From the NCBI GenBank assembly GCA_965113315.1, contig OZ220372.1: 64,000 nt of DNA; one strand, 5' to 3'. The stretch's first letter is position 1. Every line of letters begins with the position of its first letter. Positions 12,700 through 25,660 of this stretch are shown here, piece by piece. This DNA comes from Podarcis vaucheri (taxonomy: Eukaryota). Made by a program: the position numbers and the translations under genes. The notes beneath the pieces are model-generated. The model was not told the origin of the DNA, made no database searches, and saw only the letters and a list, made by a program, of their open reading frames with translations.

Positions 12700-13310
12700 A
12701 CCCTATATTGTGTCTCCTTTAGTATTTCTTTTCTAAATTAAAAGGCCCCAAACATACAAGCCTTGCCTGGAATGCCCTCCCAACTTCTTGACTGGTATTT
12801 TGGTGCCTCTTCTGCACCACTTATCCATCTCTACAATATTGGAATTTGTCTTTCCACAGCTGCTGCACCAAGTTTTGATTGAGCTCTCCACCGCAGCTCC
12901 AAATTGTCATTCTTGGACAGTCTCAGCCAGTTTAGACTCAATCAGCATTGGAATGTTTTGTTCCAATATGTATCACTTTACACTTATTAGCACATTTTTT
13001 TGCCCCTTCACCTCATTTGGAGATGTTCTTTTGGAACTCTTCACCGTCTGCTCAGGTTTTCATCATGCTCTATAAATTGGTGCCATCTGCAAAGTTGGCT
13101 TTCACTGATCACTTCCAGATCATTTGTGGGCAAGTTACACAGTCTTATTGTCTCTAAGACAGCCTCTTCTATTTTTTTCTTTTGTGTGTGGACTGTGTGC
13201 CAAACAAATCTCTTCAGCTACAGACTTCCTCATAGACTGTCCCAATACAGATCTTTGGGGGATTCCATGACCTATTTCCAACAATTGTGAGAATTTTCAG
13301 CCTATTTCTA
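12700..13310 (-). mobile_element. Degenerate CR1-type LINE RT fragments
   Basis: Minus strand near 13080-13100 reads ANFADGT (decayed FADDTK), with a GxPQGSVLG-like segment near 13245-13270. Boundaries approximate. Confidence 0.55.
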
Positions 13311-14805
13311 CCCTAGGTCTTGTTTATGTATGAGAAGAGGGGACAACATGGGAAACCAAATGAGAGGCAATGTGGTTGCTTTGTCAGAAATAGGTCTATT
13401 GTTGTCCACAAGTTTTCTTTTGATGGGAAGGCCTTGGTTGGCGAGTCCTTCTCTTCCCCACTCTACAAGCAGACAGAGGGGACTATGTGCTCTAAAAGAT
13501 GGTGCTTCTTGCCCATGCTAAAGATTATTACATTTGCCTAATATCAATTTGAATCTAATCCACCTCTCCCATAAAAACTCTACAGAATTCTCAGAGCAAG
13601 ACTACATTGTTTAAAAGGAAATATTAGTTCTACAACAGACAGGTGTCCACATTCTCCATGCCCATCTTGAAGAATTAGACAACATTCAGTGACACAATGA
13701 CCAATACAGTATAGCTCTTCCTATAGAACAATCAGAAATCCCTTAAACCTTAATCTAGATGAGGCAAGCAGCAAGCATTTCAGTATTCACTACGCTGTTC
13801 AAAAATCAAACCACAACTAATCTGTTATATTATAAGACACACAAAGCAATATAGTGGTTTGAATCGCATCCTCAAAGTGAAGCAGCAAACAAGCATTTAT
13901 TCATCATGTAGCTGTTCAAGGGTCACAGAAAATCCAGTGCTAGAAACAGCTGTTAAGAGACAGACAACACAGTGAATCCCACTCTTGGCAACAATGAAGC
14001 CTTATTGGTGGATCCTTAGTAGCCAGAAATGGCTGTTTGACATAATCGTCCAGTTCCAACATCACCATGGTTTGGTGGTCAGTAGCAGTCTGCATTATTC
14101 CACTTCCCTTCCCCGCATAGCAAAAGATATACTGGGAAGCCATGGTTAAACTAGCAGGTCATGATTACTGCTAGCCTAATTTTGTTTTCATTTGAGTGAC
14201 TCAAACCACAATTTGAACTTTTAATTGCCAACTTGAGAACAAATTATAGTTAGAAGTGATTATGGCAGCACCTGTTCAAAACATTATAATAAAACCAAGA
14301 TATAGCTACGGAGGAAATGAAAGTGAAGTGAAGAAGCCCAGGGAAGATGCAGGAGAAAGCAGAGGAAGAAGCATTTCAGCCCACAAAGGACTTCTGATGA
14401 TCAAACTATGGCTTGGTGATTCGGACCCAACACATCTCCCAACTGGGTGAGTGCATTCCAGGGTATGCCTTTACTTATCTGGAGGCAGAACAAGCCAGTT
14501 CTGGATGAGACATACAATATTCTTTGTGAAACATTTGCTAGCCATTGCTCTCTCTCCTACCAGACAATCAGTAACTCCGAGGTGTAAAGGATATGCAGCA
14601 TTTCCAAATTCACAAGCCTTGGAATAGCCAGGGTACAGAGGAATCCCAAGCCTTTCTGCAGGCACACAGGCTAAGCTCAGCCACACCCAAGGCAAAGAGA
14701 ACTTATTAGCCTAGCTTTATCCAGTGCGGCATTCTCAAGTGGCAGGAGATGGAATAGGCCAAAGATGTGCAACCGGGTGCAGCCTCAAGCCCCACACCAT
14801 GCTAC

Positions 14806-14913
14806 CTGTCTGAGGGAGTCAGAGGAGGGAGAAGAAGGGCGACTGGAAGAGCGGAGGTTGCGGGAGAGCTCCCACTGCTCAACAACAGATCGACGAGATC
14901 GCTCAATCTCTGG
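14806..14913 (-). CDS. MICAL3: MICAL3 cassette exon F (PEIERSRRSVVEQWELSRNLRSSSRPSSPSSDSLRQ)
   Basis: 108 nt, phase 0-0, ttttgtag| acceptor, CAG|GTAGCA donor. QWELS and SPSSDSLRQ match the recalled human exon. Confidence 0.88.
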
Positions 14914-15729
14914 CTACAAAATAAAGATGAGAAAGTCAGAAGACGGCATTTCAAAATAGGAGCTTTTGGGAAGGGGCAGGTGAGACAGGCAGCAGATATC
15001 TTGCAGCTTGCAAGTGACGTAGGAAAATTGTCGGCATGCTCTACTACTTTTAAACTCCCCAAAGTTCAGAACATTGATATTGGGGGGGGGGGATTGGTGG
15101 AATACCAAATCCATGTACTAATTTCAGCTGTGAATGACCTTCCTGATGCTTGTCTTTCAAGTTTTAGAAATGAATGGATTTATAAAGAACTGTGGGCTGG
15201 ATGCATCCTGAATAAAATACGAGGAATTCTATTCCAATCATGAAGCAATACCAAAAATTCCTAATAAGAAGGTTGAAAAGAAACAACTTTCTAAAATTTC
15301 TGCATGGTAGAAGAGACTGCAAGACTGTTAAGCAAGACACATGTCAAAATGCATGTGCTTGCATTCAATAGTCTCTTTTTACCCCATCATTATTTTGTTT
15401 GGCAAAATGACTAAAGGCAATTGATATTAGACCTTCCAGAGTTTAACAAGATGAAATACATTATAACAGCCCACGCAGGGTCAGAAAATAAATTCTGATC
15501 AGCAACTGATGATATATGATTGAATATTGGCACTGACATACATGTTTAAAAATTAGAGGACGTATAGAAAGAATGTATATATTGCTTAAAGAAATAAACA
15601 AGTTTTCAAAGCCCATTTGGTTTATATATAAAGGCTGTTCTGGGGTTAGTTAACTTCCTGGTTTCATTTGTTTTGGGTTACTCTTTAGCATGCTAATTTT
15701 ATAGAACCTTGCTTCTGAAACCTAGTTAC

Positions 15730-15801
15730 GTACCGCAGACGCTTTTCATCTCCAGACTGGCTAAGTAACGCTCCACCAACACTTCTTGAATCTAGCTGAG
15801 T
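15730..15801 (-). CDS. MICAL3: Candidate MICAL3 cassette exon E (TQLDSRSVGGALLSQSGDEKRLRY)
   Basis: 72 nt open frame between aag| and TAC|GTAACT. A competing donor CG|GTACGT 4 nt upstream would frameshift. Confidence 0.35.
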
Positions 15802-16154
15802 CTTTCAATACAGATATAGAAGTGCAAACTCTCAAAAGCCCCTTTAAGTTAGGAGCTTCTTCCCCACATATGCCACACATCTTTTATTAGTGCTAGACGA
15901 ATCTATGCAAGATTAAGTGTTGATTCAGCAAGCAGGAACAGTAAGTTAACAGGAAAGACGGAATAATGAGTTTGGATGTTGTTGTTTTACCCAGGGTGAT
16001 TGAAAGTGTTCTGCTACAATGTGATAGTGTACTCATCAGCCATTAAAACAGGACATCTGATGCCAGCCATGTTACAGCCCAAGCAACCTTTCATTTCCCA
16101 TTCTACGGAACGGCAAGCAGACACAAAGCGCCAGACAGACAGGAAGGCAGTCAC

Positions 16155-16268
16155 CTGATGCCTGGTTGCTGGCCTTTGCTCCAGGAGGGCAGCCAGCTGG
16201 CTTGCCCTCTGCTCAATGGTAAGCGTGCGCTCTGGCACACGGTCATCTGAAAAGAACTGGTGAGGTCT
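16155..16268 (-). CDS. MICAL3: MICAL3 cassette exon D (RPHQFFSDDRVPERTLTIEQRASQLAALLEQRPATRHQ)
   Basis: 114 nt, phase 0-0, long pyrimidine tract plus ctgcag|, CAG|GTGACT donor, open frame. Confidence 0.72.
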
Positions 16269-17285
16269 CTGCAGAATAATGAGTGAGGGAAAATGAACAA
16301 GAGAGCACAGGGGGAAAATATTCATGGAAAAAGCATGACAGTAGGAAAAGAAACAAAGCTGAAAATAAGGTCAGAGGCAGTTAATTAGATGCTTGTGCAT
16401 TAAAAAAAAAGTGGGACGCAGGGGCAAGGAGGGGAACAAAAGCTCAAAATCCTCTGGATGAAGGCTGCACACATACACACACCCCGCAGATGTGACATAC
16501 ATATAACACAAACCATTTACGGTAGCCGAATCCAAATTAGGTCTACTCTGGAAGTCACTGATTTAAATAGGTTTACCGCTCAGGAAGCATGCAGAGGGCT
16601 ATGACCTTTGGAAGCTGTGGTTTATGAATCCTACAGCAGCAGGAAAATGAGCCAAGATTGTGCCGCCAAAGAAGCCATAATTTAGCTGCTGTGAAATACA
16701 GGTGTGTCACAGGGATCTGGAGAGGGCACTTGCTGTCTGTAGTGACGCACACTACTGAGAGGTAGGGAGTGAATAGAGGCAGGGAAGCCCGGCAGATGCA
16801 ATATCGACACAGGGACAAAACCTCTGGGTTTTCCTTCCTCACTTCCCTCGCTCCAACTTTTTAACCTGGTTGTTTTGGAGACTGGATGCAATACCAAGCT
16901 AGTGGTGAAGAGAAGGGTCATGGAAGGGAAACAATGGCAAAGCCATAGTTCTCTGTGAGGGGCTAGTGATGTTTAACACAAAATTCTCAGTATCCTCAAA
17001 ACTGTATTGTGTAGGGTTCCTTTTCAAAATTATTTACTGTGATGAGCAGCTTTTAGAAATATATTCAGCAGGCAGACTGCAGCATCGATCCATGCCTTTA
17101 TTATGTCAATTCATTCTCTTTCCTTGCATGTTCTACTTTGGTTCAAGCTTATTCCAGTTAATTTAGTTTTACATGCTTTTGTGGGCGGGATGCTTAAAAA
17201 TGTCCCTTTCTCCCTACTGTCATGAAGATTTATTTGTGCATTCCATCAGGCTATGTGAACTGTTTCTATCCCAGCTTTTTTTTTT

Positions 17286-17288
17286 TTA

Positions 17289-17333
<45 letters not shown>

Positions 17334-17476
17334 ACTCTACCCATCGGGCTGGGTTTCCCCAGCCACTCTGGGCAGTTTCCAGTCCACAAAAAACCATGAC
17401 AAAACGCCAAACAACAACAACAGTTGTGTAGTTCTTTTATCTCCTTGACATCTGATGGGAGGGTGTTCCACAGGGA
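17286..17476 (-). mobile_element. L2-like LINE 3' end with (TAA)n tail
   Basis: Reverse complement of the tail at 63000-63200 (cccagagtggctggggaaacccagcc). (TTA)n at ~17290-17331. Confidence 0.75.
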
Positions 17477-18044
17477 GTAACAATAGTTTTATTATTTACA
17501 AAAAGAACTTACAAAGAACTGGTTCCTGCATGTCTTGTTTTCCTCTTTCTGCCCCATCCCTTTTTCATTTTGTGTCATTCCTTTTAAAGTGTGAGCCTGA
17601 GGGCTAGGACTGTCTAGCTTTTTATTGATCTGTAAGCTGCTCTGGGAGTTTTTTTGGCTGAAGAATGAGGTAATAATGATTCAGATAGATGGATAGATAT
17701 TTTCCGACACATCAGCAGGCCCTTTCTACTCCACTATAGTATATTCTATTAAAGAGAAAAATGGGGAATGCCAAATTCAATGTGCTAATATGTGCCCGAC
17801 AGAAAAAAAAACATACTGCATGATGCTCAAAGTGATCACAAGCCTGTCAAGCAAGTAATTCTGCAAAGGCCACACAGACACAAAACCACTATTTTTACGA
17901 AGCATTTTCAGTAGAGCTTGGCTATTAGTATTGTGCTGGCATATGAATAGCTCTCCAGCCTTCTCTTACCACCCCCAGCTTGCACAACGTTCTCCCAAGA
18001 GTGCACACACCCTCTTCATGCTGCTTTTGCTCATGCTATTTTAC

Positions 18045-18101
18045 CCGCTGCTGTCTGGGACTCTGCTCTCCAGCTGGTTCTCCATGAGGTTCCCTGTTTG
18101 C
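18045..18101 (-). CDS. MICAL3: MICAL3 cassette exon C (ANREPHGEPAGEQSPRQQR)
   Basis: 57 nt, phase 0-0, ttttgcctgcag| acceptor, CGG|GTAAAA donor. Same length and QSP motif as a recalled human alternative segment. Confidence 0.75.
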
Positions 18102-18738
18102 CTGCAGGCAAAATAATGACCTTGACAAATCCCACACACACACTCACAGAAAGATAGCATCGTTCAGTTAGGAGTCACCCTACAAGAGAAACATTAAAAC
18201 CACAGTCCTGGAAAAGCCACAGGAGGTTTGCAAAGATCATGTGGCTGCTGTGAAGAAAGAGGTTTTGTGCCGAGCTGTTAAAAACAATACTTTATACAAA
18301 CTGTGTTAGTAAATGGTGACAACAGCAATAAATATCCACACAGTGATACACGTGGTGGCAGAAGAAGGAACCGCTCCCAAGAAACCGTAAATTGTTCCTT
18401 GGAAAATCCTAGTTTTAAAAGTAATATGAGGAATAAACTTTAGAGAACTTTAGAGGCAAAGTGAGATATGTCCATTGAGCTTAAGTAATCAAGTCTGTTT
18501 TTAATTCAAAGGTTATTTTGAAGAGCCTGGGCTCCCCTAAACGTGCACAAGAAACAAGGCTCCCTGGCCTGCGAAATCCACAGTAGTATCCTACGATAAG
18601 ACAGACCGTAATCTTCCCTGCCCCAAGAATGCAGACACCTGGAGGCAGCTCTGATTATCCTCTATACACACAGGTATAGTTTTATAAAAATGTAGCTCCC
18701 AGAAACTCACAAACCTGCTCATACTTCATAAGACAAAA

Positions 18739-18741
<3 letters not shown>

Positions 18742-18771
<30 letters not shown>
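18742..18771. repeat. (GT)n microsatellite
   Basis: Direct reading. Confidence 0.95.
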
Positions 18772-18773
<2 letters not shown>

Positions 18774-20743
18774 TGCAACTTCCCAGTTTTGTGAGTCAAT
18801 GCAACTACATATGAAATATAAAACACCTTAAAAACAAATAGTTTACAAGACTGAGTGGTAAGTTTCCCATTTAGAAGCTAACTCTTCTTGCAGATCAAGC
18901 AAGAGAAGCTGACCCAGTTTTTCCAACTGTAAGTAAACCATGTTCTACGTTGCGGACATCAGAATAAGTGTGCCTTTGTGAATAATACTATTTTGGCCCT
19001 GACATTGTGGAGGGAACTCCTGGGGCAAACTGTGTACCATGATTCACCTAACAAAACAAACCCAGTTAGTGAATGTCCTGCACAAGGACTTCCCCCTTGT
19101 GCAATGGGTTTCCCCTCCTCTCCACCCCCTGCTCCCCCTGAAATTGGCTGGGGAGTGGGGGTCAGGAGAACCCCAACAGTAGCACGCTGGGGAGGAGAAG
19201 AGAGAAGGAATTATTCTTTTCAGCAAGTTGCAATGCTTGCACAAATGGAACGTTCAACATGGCGCGATACCAATAAAATATGTAATTGATGTTGAGATGA
19301 ATTGTATGACTGCCCTGTATTGTATCAGTGTATTTTGCACTGTTATCTAATTTTATTATAAAAACTCAAATAAAACCATTTATTATAAATTGACTCAAGG
19401 CCCCCACATTTTTGACACAATCATGTAACTGGGGTGCCTGATTTGAACAAAGTATTCAACAATAAACTACTTTGGAGGAATGTTTTAACAACGTCAGTGA
19501 GGGAGGGTGACCAGGAAATGGGGGAGGCTTCCCAAGGTCCCAAAGCCAGGTAAAACAGCTGGTCCCAGGCATTCTAGACGACTGCCATGCTGATTAGTGG
19601 TACTATGGTCAGTTGGTGGAGGTAAGTAAGAGCAGCACAACACACTGGGAAAGTAAGGGAAACCGCAGCAGGCTAGAATTGGTAAAACCTGGAGGACTTT
19701 TGGGGGCTATGTTTTGGAATTCCTTGTCATTCCCATGAAGTGGGGAGCATCCTGGCCTCCCCCAACTTCTAAGTAATGTAGCAACAACAATGGGTTTACA
19801 TTCTAGCAAATCGTAGGATGTCTGCACGACCCCTTTATTAAACAAAGTCATCCTGGTGCTATGGGAGAAGCATTGTAGCAGTTCCCACATCACAGGCCAA
19901 ATGTAAGAATCTGCTTCAAGGCTAACATTCCCCAGTCTGGTGCCCTGAGGATGTTGTTGGACCCCCAACTTCCATCAACCCTACCCAACATGCCTAATGG
20001 TCTGGGGTAATGAGAGTTGTACTAGACCAGGCCAGAGAAGGCAGGTTTAGGCACATTATCTAACTTATTTTCATTAGAGAGAAAGTAAGGTCCAGGATAA
20101 CCTCTGATCCTGAGATAGAACACCCCTTTCAGTGGTATTTAATGGGGGCAGGGGAGAGAAAATATCCTAAACCGTTAAATTGTCCTGAAATATCCTTTGT
20201 AAGCCGCCTTGGCAGTGAGTGGCTTTTCTCTGAAAGGTAGCATGCAAGTACTTCAAATAAACAAACAGATGGATAAAGGATGCGCCTGTAATCTCAGCAA
20301 TGAATGGGAAGCCTACAGAGGCATTACATTATGCTTCTCTACTCATTACACTGCAAAACCAAGCTGAAGGCCACCTAAGACTGCTCATTTTAGATCCAGA
20401 AACCAGTGTGTCACTCCTCTTACAGCACCCAATATAACAACTGGGCACTATCAACAGCAACCTTTACTAAGATCTCAGGTTTTTGTTTGGTACACCTACC
20501 TACTACACAGTGTAACCGTAACAACAGAATGTAAGAAGTTAAATGTGTACATTACCTTAAATCAAACAATGATAAAAGGAATTCTGGGTTTGCTTGTGTT
20601 ACTGGTTTTGGGGAAGGGAAGATCAAGAGGTCTGCTGACACTATTCAGTTTTAGGAGAAAACTCAAAACAGAAGGGGTACGTGGCCTACTTGTGGAAGCA
20701 GGAAGAGAGGGAAAGGAGGACAGAGCATGCAGAATGAAATCAC

Positions 20744-20842
20744 CTGCTGACTGGGGTACGATGGAGAGGAAGTGCAAATGGAGGAAGAAGAGAGCATGAT
20801 CACTTTTTTGGGGCAGGTCCGAGAACGCTCCTTTTTCCTCAT
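20744..20842 (-). CDS. MICAL3: MICAL3 cassette exon B (MRKKERSRTCPKKVIMLSSSSICTSSPSYPSQQ)
   Basis: 99 nt, phase 0-0, aag| acceptor after a pyrimidine tract, CAG|GTGATT donor. SRTCPKKVI matches the recalled human alternative exon. Confidence 0.85.
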
Positions 20843-23800
20843 CTTTGTTTACAAACAGGGGAGAAAAAAAAGAATAATAGTAATAATAATAATAGAACAA
20901 GAAGAAACATGGTCAATGATGATGGTTATTAGTTGTGGCAAGGCCACAGACTAAAGTTTCCCCAAACAGCGGATGAAATATTAAAATTCTTTCTGGATTA
21001 CACCTGTTCAGGTTACCCGGGAGTGGAAGGGCTCTGAATGGTCCCTCAGCACACACAAAAACTAAGTACCACCAAGTAGCACAGCCTTTGCCTAACAGAA
21101 AGCTGGCTTAAGAGCAGGGAATTTTTCATTCAACCATATGGTTGCCTATCTAAAGTTGTCCAGGGATACAGTAATTTGACCACCACTACTGTGTCTGTAT
21201 GTGGGCAAGGCCTTAGAAATGCATCGGGCGGAGGATGTTGATCTTGCTTCTCTTTCTCAGTTGACAAGTAGTAACCAGCGTTGTTGCGCATCAATGCAAG
21301 TGAGCTGCATTTCCTCATGAGGTAGACAATGTCATTTGAAGTCCCCGTGTCACTACAAGCATAGCTGGCCATTATATGATGCCTCATTTATCTGAATGGC
21401 TCAACCAACCGGTGACATGAGGGATATATAAATGAAATTCAGGTAACAGGGATTCAAATATAAGTAGTTCTGTTTGGAATCTCAAAGGCATCAAATTGGC
21501 CCATGTCTAAAAAGGGCAATTTTATGCAGCTGCTGTTGAGCTACAGAATATCCTGTTCCTTTCAAATGTAACACACACCAAAAGGTGCAGGGCATAAAAT
21601 AAAGAAATTTTACCAAACTTTTATTTGCTGCACCCTAAATGCTTGAGGCTGAATGTTAACATGACAAAAAATATGCAAATCTTTGTTCATTCCTGGTGCT
21701 CATATTTATGTGTACTGGGGGTTGGGGGTTGGTACCCCCTTCTAGTCCACCCAAAACCCAAAGTGCAGTGATTTTTAAAATTGCACTTGACTGTGTATTT
21801 TGTTGCATAAAATGCCCTCCTGGGGGGGCGGTGCTCTGTTTCAAAAAGCAGTATATAAACACCACCACCACTAATGTTGCTTATTTTGAAAATATTGGTC
21901 CACTTTGGATTTTTTTTTTTTTACTATGCAAATCCAAAAGTCCTTCTTAAAATATGAATCTTAAACACTTTTAACTCTGGGCAATCTAAAGCCCAAAGGG
22001 AAAGATTTGTGTATTGTTCCTGCAGGTCAAGAGCTGTCAACATCCATAAGGCACATTAGGAATGTTCCCCGTCACTGTTCAAATTGGGGGGAAAGGAGAA
22101 AGCTAATGGGGACCCTTAATAAAACCCAGGACCTCATTGACTGTCTCCCACCAAGTTTAGCCAGATCATGTCCTACTCATATAGCCTTCTAAAAAAAAAT
22201 TAGCTAAAAGAATAATGTTTGTTGTTTTTTTGTTAAGGTGGCAGTCACACTAATGTAAAGCAGGCTGAAACCCTTGCTGGCCTTCCTATAATTAGAACAT
22301 TGTTTTCCATCTTCAAGTAGGATGCATTTCTGAGTTCAGAAAAGGCCAGTAGTAAATGATGCTCACATCAATAAGTATAAAATGGAGGAAGATTCCACTT
22401 GATATAAACAAGTTGGCTGGCATAGTTCTATTCCATCTTAATGGCTGGCTCTGGTCACTTCAACTCAAATGGATCTTTGGGTGTTATCATTACCAAAAAG
22501 ATTGTGTTTACTGCATATCCATATATCCTTTCAAGAAGAACCCAAGACAGATATATTCCTTGATCTTACCACCCTCTGACCCCAGACTTCAAACAAGCAA
22601 CTTCCAGTTTCACAGGCTTCCTTTGTTTTACACACACACACACACACCACACCTCTCTCAAGTGATGTAAGTATGCAAATGAATGATGAAGTTAAGAGAA
22701 TGAGATGAAGTTCATTGGAATTACCAAAATGACACAATTATTCCTATGACACGTAATAACTTGGGTTTCCACCTCCCCTAACAGCACACAGCAGATTCAG
22801 CTCTTTTTAATAAGAGACCAATCAAGAAATCCTCAAAGAGTAACCATTAGAGGCAAGGATATTTTATAATCATGCACATAACTCCTGCAGGTAATTCAAT
22901 CCCATTTCTTTAAGAGCTTAAGAAACTCATAGCATGATCATGGATATTTTCTTGCAAAAAAAGGTGGATGAGTTGACCTAAGTGTTGGTGGAGCAGTAAA
23001 AACAAAAAACACATTGGCTCAGGAATTATTTTAAGAGTTCCTTCCTTAATTCACTTTCCCATGACTTGCATTGTGCAGGTACTTCTCATTGTACTGTATA
23101 CTTTCTCTGTAGTGCTAAAAGAAAAATTAGGCAACGAGAACCAGTACAGAGGCTGTGTACATACTTGACTGCATTTCTTAAATCAATGGGGGTAAACAGG
23201 ACTCATGAATCAAGTTGATTGCCTGTATAAACAGCAGCAAACTGAGGGTCCAGTTCATCAGGTGCAAAAATCAGGGTCAGGTGGAAAGCAAGAGAGAACA
23301 GGGTTTGCTGGCCACATCTTTCCCTACGACCCGGGCCATGTTTTCATTCAAGTGTCTCCTAGAATTCTTAAATACCAGTTCTGTCATGTCTTCTCAAGAA
23401 AGAAAACATAGGATGCGACATCTGACATGCTGGAACCTTCTAGGCAAGAGAGACAGGTGCTTTCCATCTGAACTGTTGGATTTGATTCACCATATCTAAG
23501 TGTCTAAACTGAAGTTTGGAAAAACCTGTCTATCTGCCTTCAAAAAAGCCTGAAGAATGTTAACAGAAAGTACCAAAATTATTCTGTTAACTGTACTTGA
23601 AAATCAGGCAAGAGTGAAATGCCTCAAGAACATGCCCAGCCAAAGCAGGTTTGCCTACACCCTAAAATCTCTGGCAAGGCCAACAGCACTCTCTCATCAA
23701 AACCAATAGCAATAACCATGGGATTTATGTGGATAACAATATCCTAGTGAAGTTATGAAAATTCGAATCTAGGCTATGGCTATGAACTTAGGCCAAAAAG

Positions 23801-25576
23801 ACAAATCTGGAAAATACCAGTCTAGACAAACAGAAAGTAGCAAGTCACATGTGTATGGGTTATGTGGATCTAGGTTTGTGATCTTAGGTGTACCTACTTG
23901 GCAGTAAGAACAATTCAGTTCGATACAACCAATTAAACATGCACAGGGCTGTTGCCAGATTCTTAGATTTTAATGACATGCTAAATAGAAAGTCATCCTG
24001 CCCTTTTGAAAAATCTCTTTTCCAGCAAATCATTTCCACGGTTCATGGTACTGAACCCAGCTCATGTTTCCTAAGTATTAAGACAACTTGAGCTGAATTT
24101 CTGCTACATTCAAAAGTATCTAACTGGCTTGGATGAAGTGCCCTCACCTCCATTGCCTTCAAAAGGCATGCACAACTTTGGCCAGAAAAGGGTGGAGGCC
24201 TGTGCCTTCTGGCCCAATGGTGGCTAGCCAAAGTAAAAGCATATCTGTGGACACTCCATGGAATGGAGTGCGATGAATAGCAGATGATGGACGAAAAGAA
24301 AATCATCAGCAACATGAGCTTACTGGGGTCAAATTCACTTGATCAGCTGCGTTGCAGGCTGGGGACCTTGATTTATTTCTACCCCCGCTTCCATCTATGT
24401 GTTAAGCACATTTGAAGGGAGGAAATAATATCAGAAGCTGTATCACTGTCACTCATCCCTTTTGCAGATCTCTTGAATATAGAAACAGTATTTACAAAAC
24501 GCGTATTTTGACGCACAAGATATTCCTACATTTATTTTCTGAAATGATTTCCATTTGCTCATGCTAATGCATCATGGGATGAGAAAACCCTGCCGTCATT
24601 ACATTACGAAGAATCTATATACAAAATATGTTTTAAATAATGCTAGTATAGCAACCACAAGCCAGAGCAGAAGGTGATAAAATCTGTTTCCTAAATTAGC
24701 TATTCCAATCAGGCAAACTTGGGTTGGATTGGTGTGGGGGTTTTTTACTGACTCTACCATTCAATTCCAATTTGAAAAGGAAAATAAAATCCCTCAGTTG
24801 AGAGTGATAGAGAGTATTAGAGCTTTTAAAAATTAAATATGAAAACAGCTGTCAATATCTTGTCTGTTACAAGTGGAATAGTTATTTCAAAGAAAGCAAT
24901 GCCTCCGAAGATGAAGATCAAAGTCCATGGCAAGAATGGCAAAAGCCTTACCAGTTTCAATGAAAATGGATAGTTCAGGGTTCTATCATAGGCAGTAAGA
25001 AATGTGATCAGTACACAATGACCTCAACCTGCTAATATGAGCCACTGAGAAATCACAAGCAGAGAAGGTACAGTATAATAACAAGGAACATCTCTCTTCC
25101 TTATCTCTTACTTCAGACAAAGGGCTGATTCTCCCATTCTATTTTCCAATGTTTAGGACCTCCCCTTTGAGTGATCCTCATGGATACCAGAACATGTTGT
25201 CAAGACACATTAACTGCTTACCCAACCCGCTCTTGAACCCTCTAGAAATCAAATCTGGATTACACAAATTAACAGGTAAGCAAACATAGACTGAGTTTCC
25301 TAAGGCTCATTTACAAGAGTGAGCCCCTAACTGGACAAGTGAGCACAACTACTGCTCAAATATTCACCAATGGTCAAGAACAGGGAGAAAGTGAAAAGAT
25401 AACATAGCCCTTTAATGTGAGCCACACCTACTGTCAAATTACATGCAGGCTTTCCATTTTAAAACAGTGCCAGTCCACAGGAATAACCTGGAAATTTGGT
25501 ATGGAAAAGCAGCAGTCAATGGGGTGGTAGCTTAGATGGATTGAGCATCACAGTCATTCATTCGGTTTTGTTTTAC

Positions 25577-25660
25577 CTGTTTCCACTGAGGAATGGGGGC
25601 AAAGCGGCCCTGCTCTCGCTGTCGGTAGGCTGGCTGGGTGAGAGCACGGTCTTGATAAGG
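25577..25660 (-). CDS. MICAL3: MICAL3 cassette exon A (PYQDRALTQPAYRQREQGRFAPIPQWKQ)
   Basis: 84 nt, phase 0-0, no stops, cag|...CAG|GTAAAA. Ends like the recalled human alternative exon (...APTPRWKQ). Confidence 0.85.

Noticed and set aside
16577-16630. 54-nt AG...GT segment among the cassette exons
   Set aside because: Phase-0 reading hits TAA at codon 3 and the donor is weak. It could be a poison exon but nothing else supports it.
21130-21387. 85-aa minus-strand ORF with several CpGs
   Set aside because: Nearby acceptors lead to stops in phase 0, there is no good donor, and no convincing homology.
24950-25030. Strong donor CTG|GTAAGG
   Set aside because: The plausible upstream acceptor gives an in-frame TGA. 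Treated as a cryptic site.
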